The notes below the pieces were generated by a model. That model was not told the DNA's origin and did not search any database. It worked only from the letters and a program-made list of their open reading frames with translations. A stretch of DNA of 63,958 nt, filler included, from Octopus bimaculoides (taxonomy: Eukaryota): the NCBI RefSeq assembly GCF_001194135.2. It is 3 parts of 3 records of this genome, joined end to end, with 100 filler letters (N's around TTAATTAATTAA, not from the genome) between each part and the next. Parts side by side here need not be neighbours in the genome. Positions count along the whole stretch, not along the records: positions 60,739 to 63,958 come from NW_026323080.1; 2 more parts are not named here. One strand, written 5' to 3'. The position numbers were made by a program, and so were the translations under genes. Each line of letters begins with the position of its first letter. Position 1 is the stretch's first letter. Of the stretch, positions 63,931 to 63,958 are shown in pieces.

Positions 63931-63958
63931 TTTGTTTCCTTCCTTCTTATGTGTGTCT

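Overview
AT-rich, microsatellite-dense animal genomic DNA with many N gaps. The repeat families and the C2H2 gene suggest an octopus; this is an inference, no search was run. The only solid host gene is a single-coding-exon C2H2 zinc-finger CDS at 44790-46235 (+, 7 fingers). There is also a possible 27-nt microexon (60227-60253) and a possible two-exon small ORF on the minus strand. Most of the rest is transposon debris: tRNA-derived SINEs, RTE, R4/Dong-like and CR1/L2-like LINE pieces, mariner/Tigger relics and MITEs, and decayed Penelope-like elements (PLE; RT plus GIY-YIG). The most interesting signal is not visible in the ORF track. At least five unrelated sequence families carry minimal type-I hammerhead-ribozyme (HHR) motifs (CUGAUGA...GAAA-palindrome-UH), several inside fold-back elements. 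One family occurs twice (10741-11669 and 24051-26242) as a head-to-head inverted dimer of [tRNA-like Pol III head - microsatellite - hammerhead - tail]. Each copy has an 11-12 bp target-site duplication (TSD) and the same asymmetric ends. It looks like a ribozyme-bearing, PLE-related, palindromic SINE that moves as a unit.
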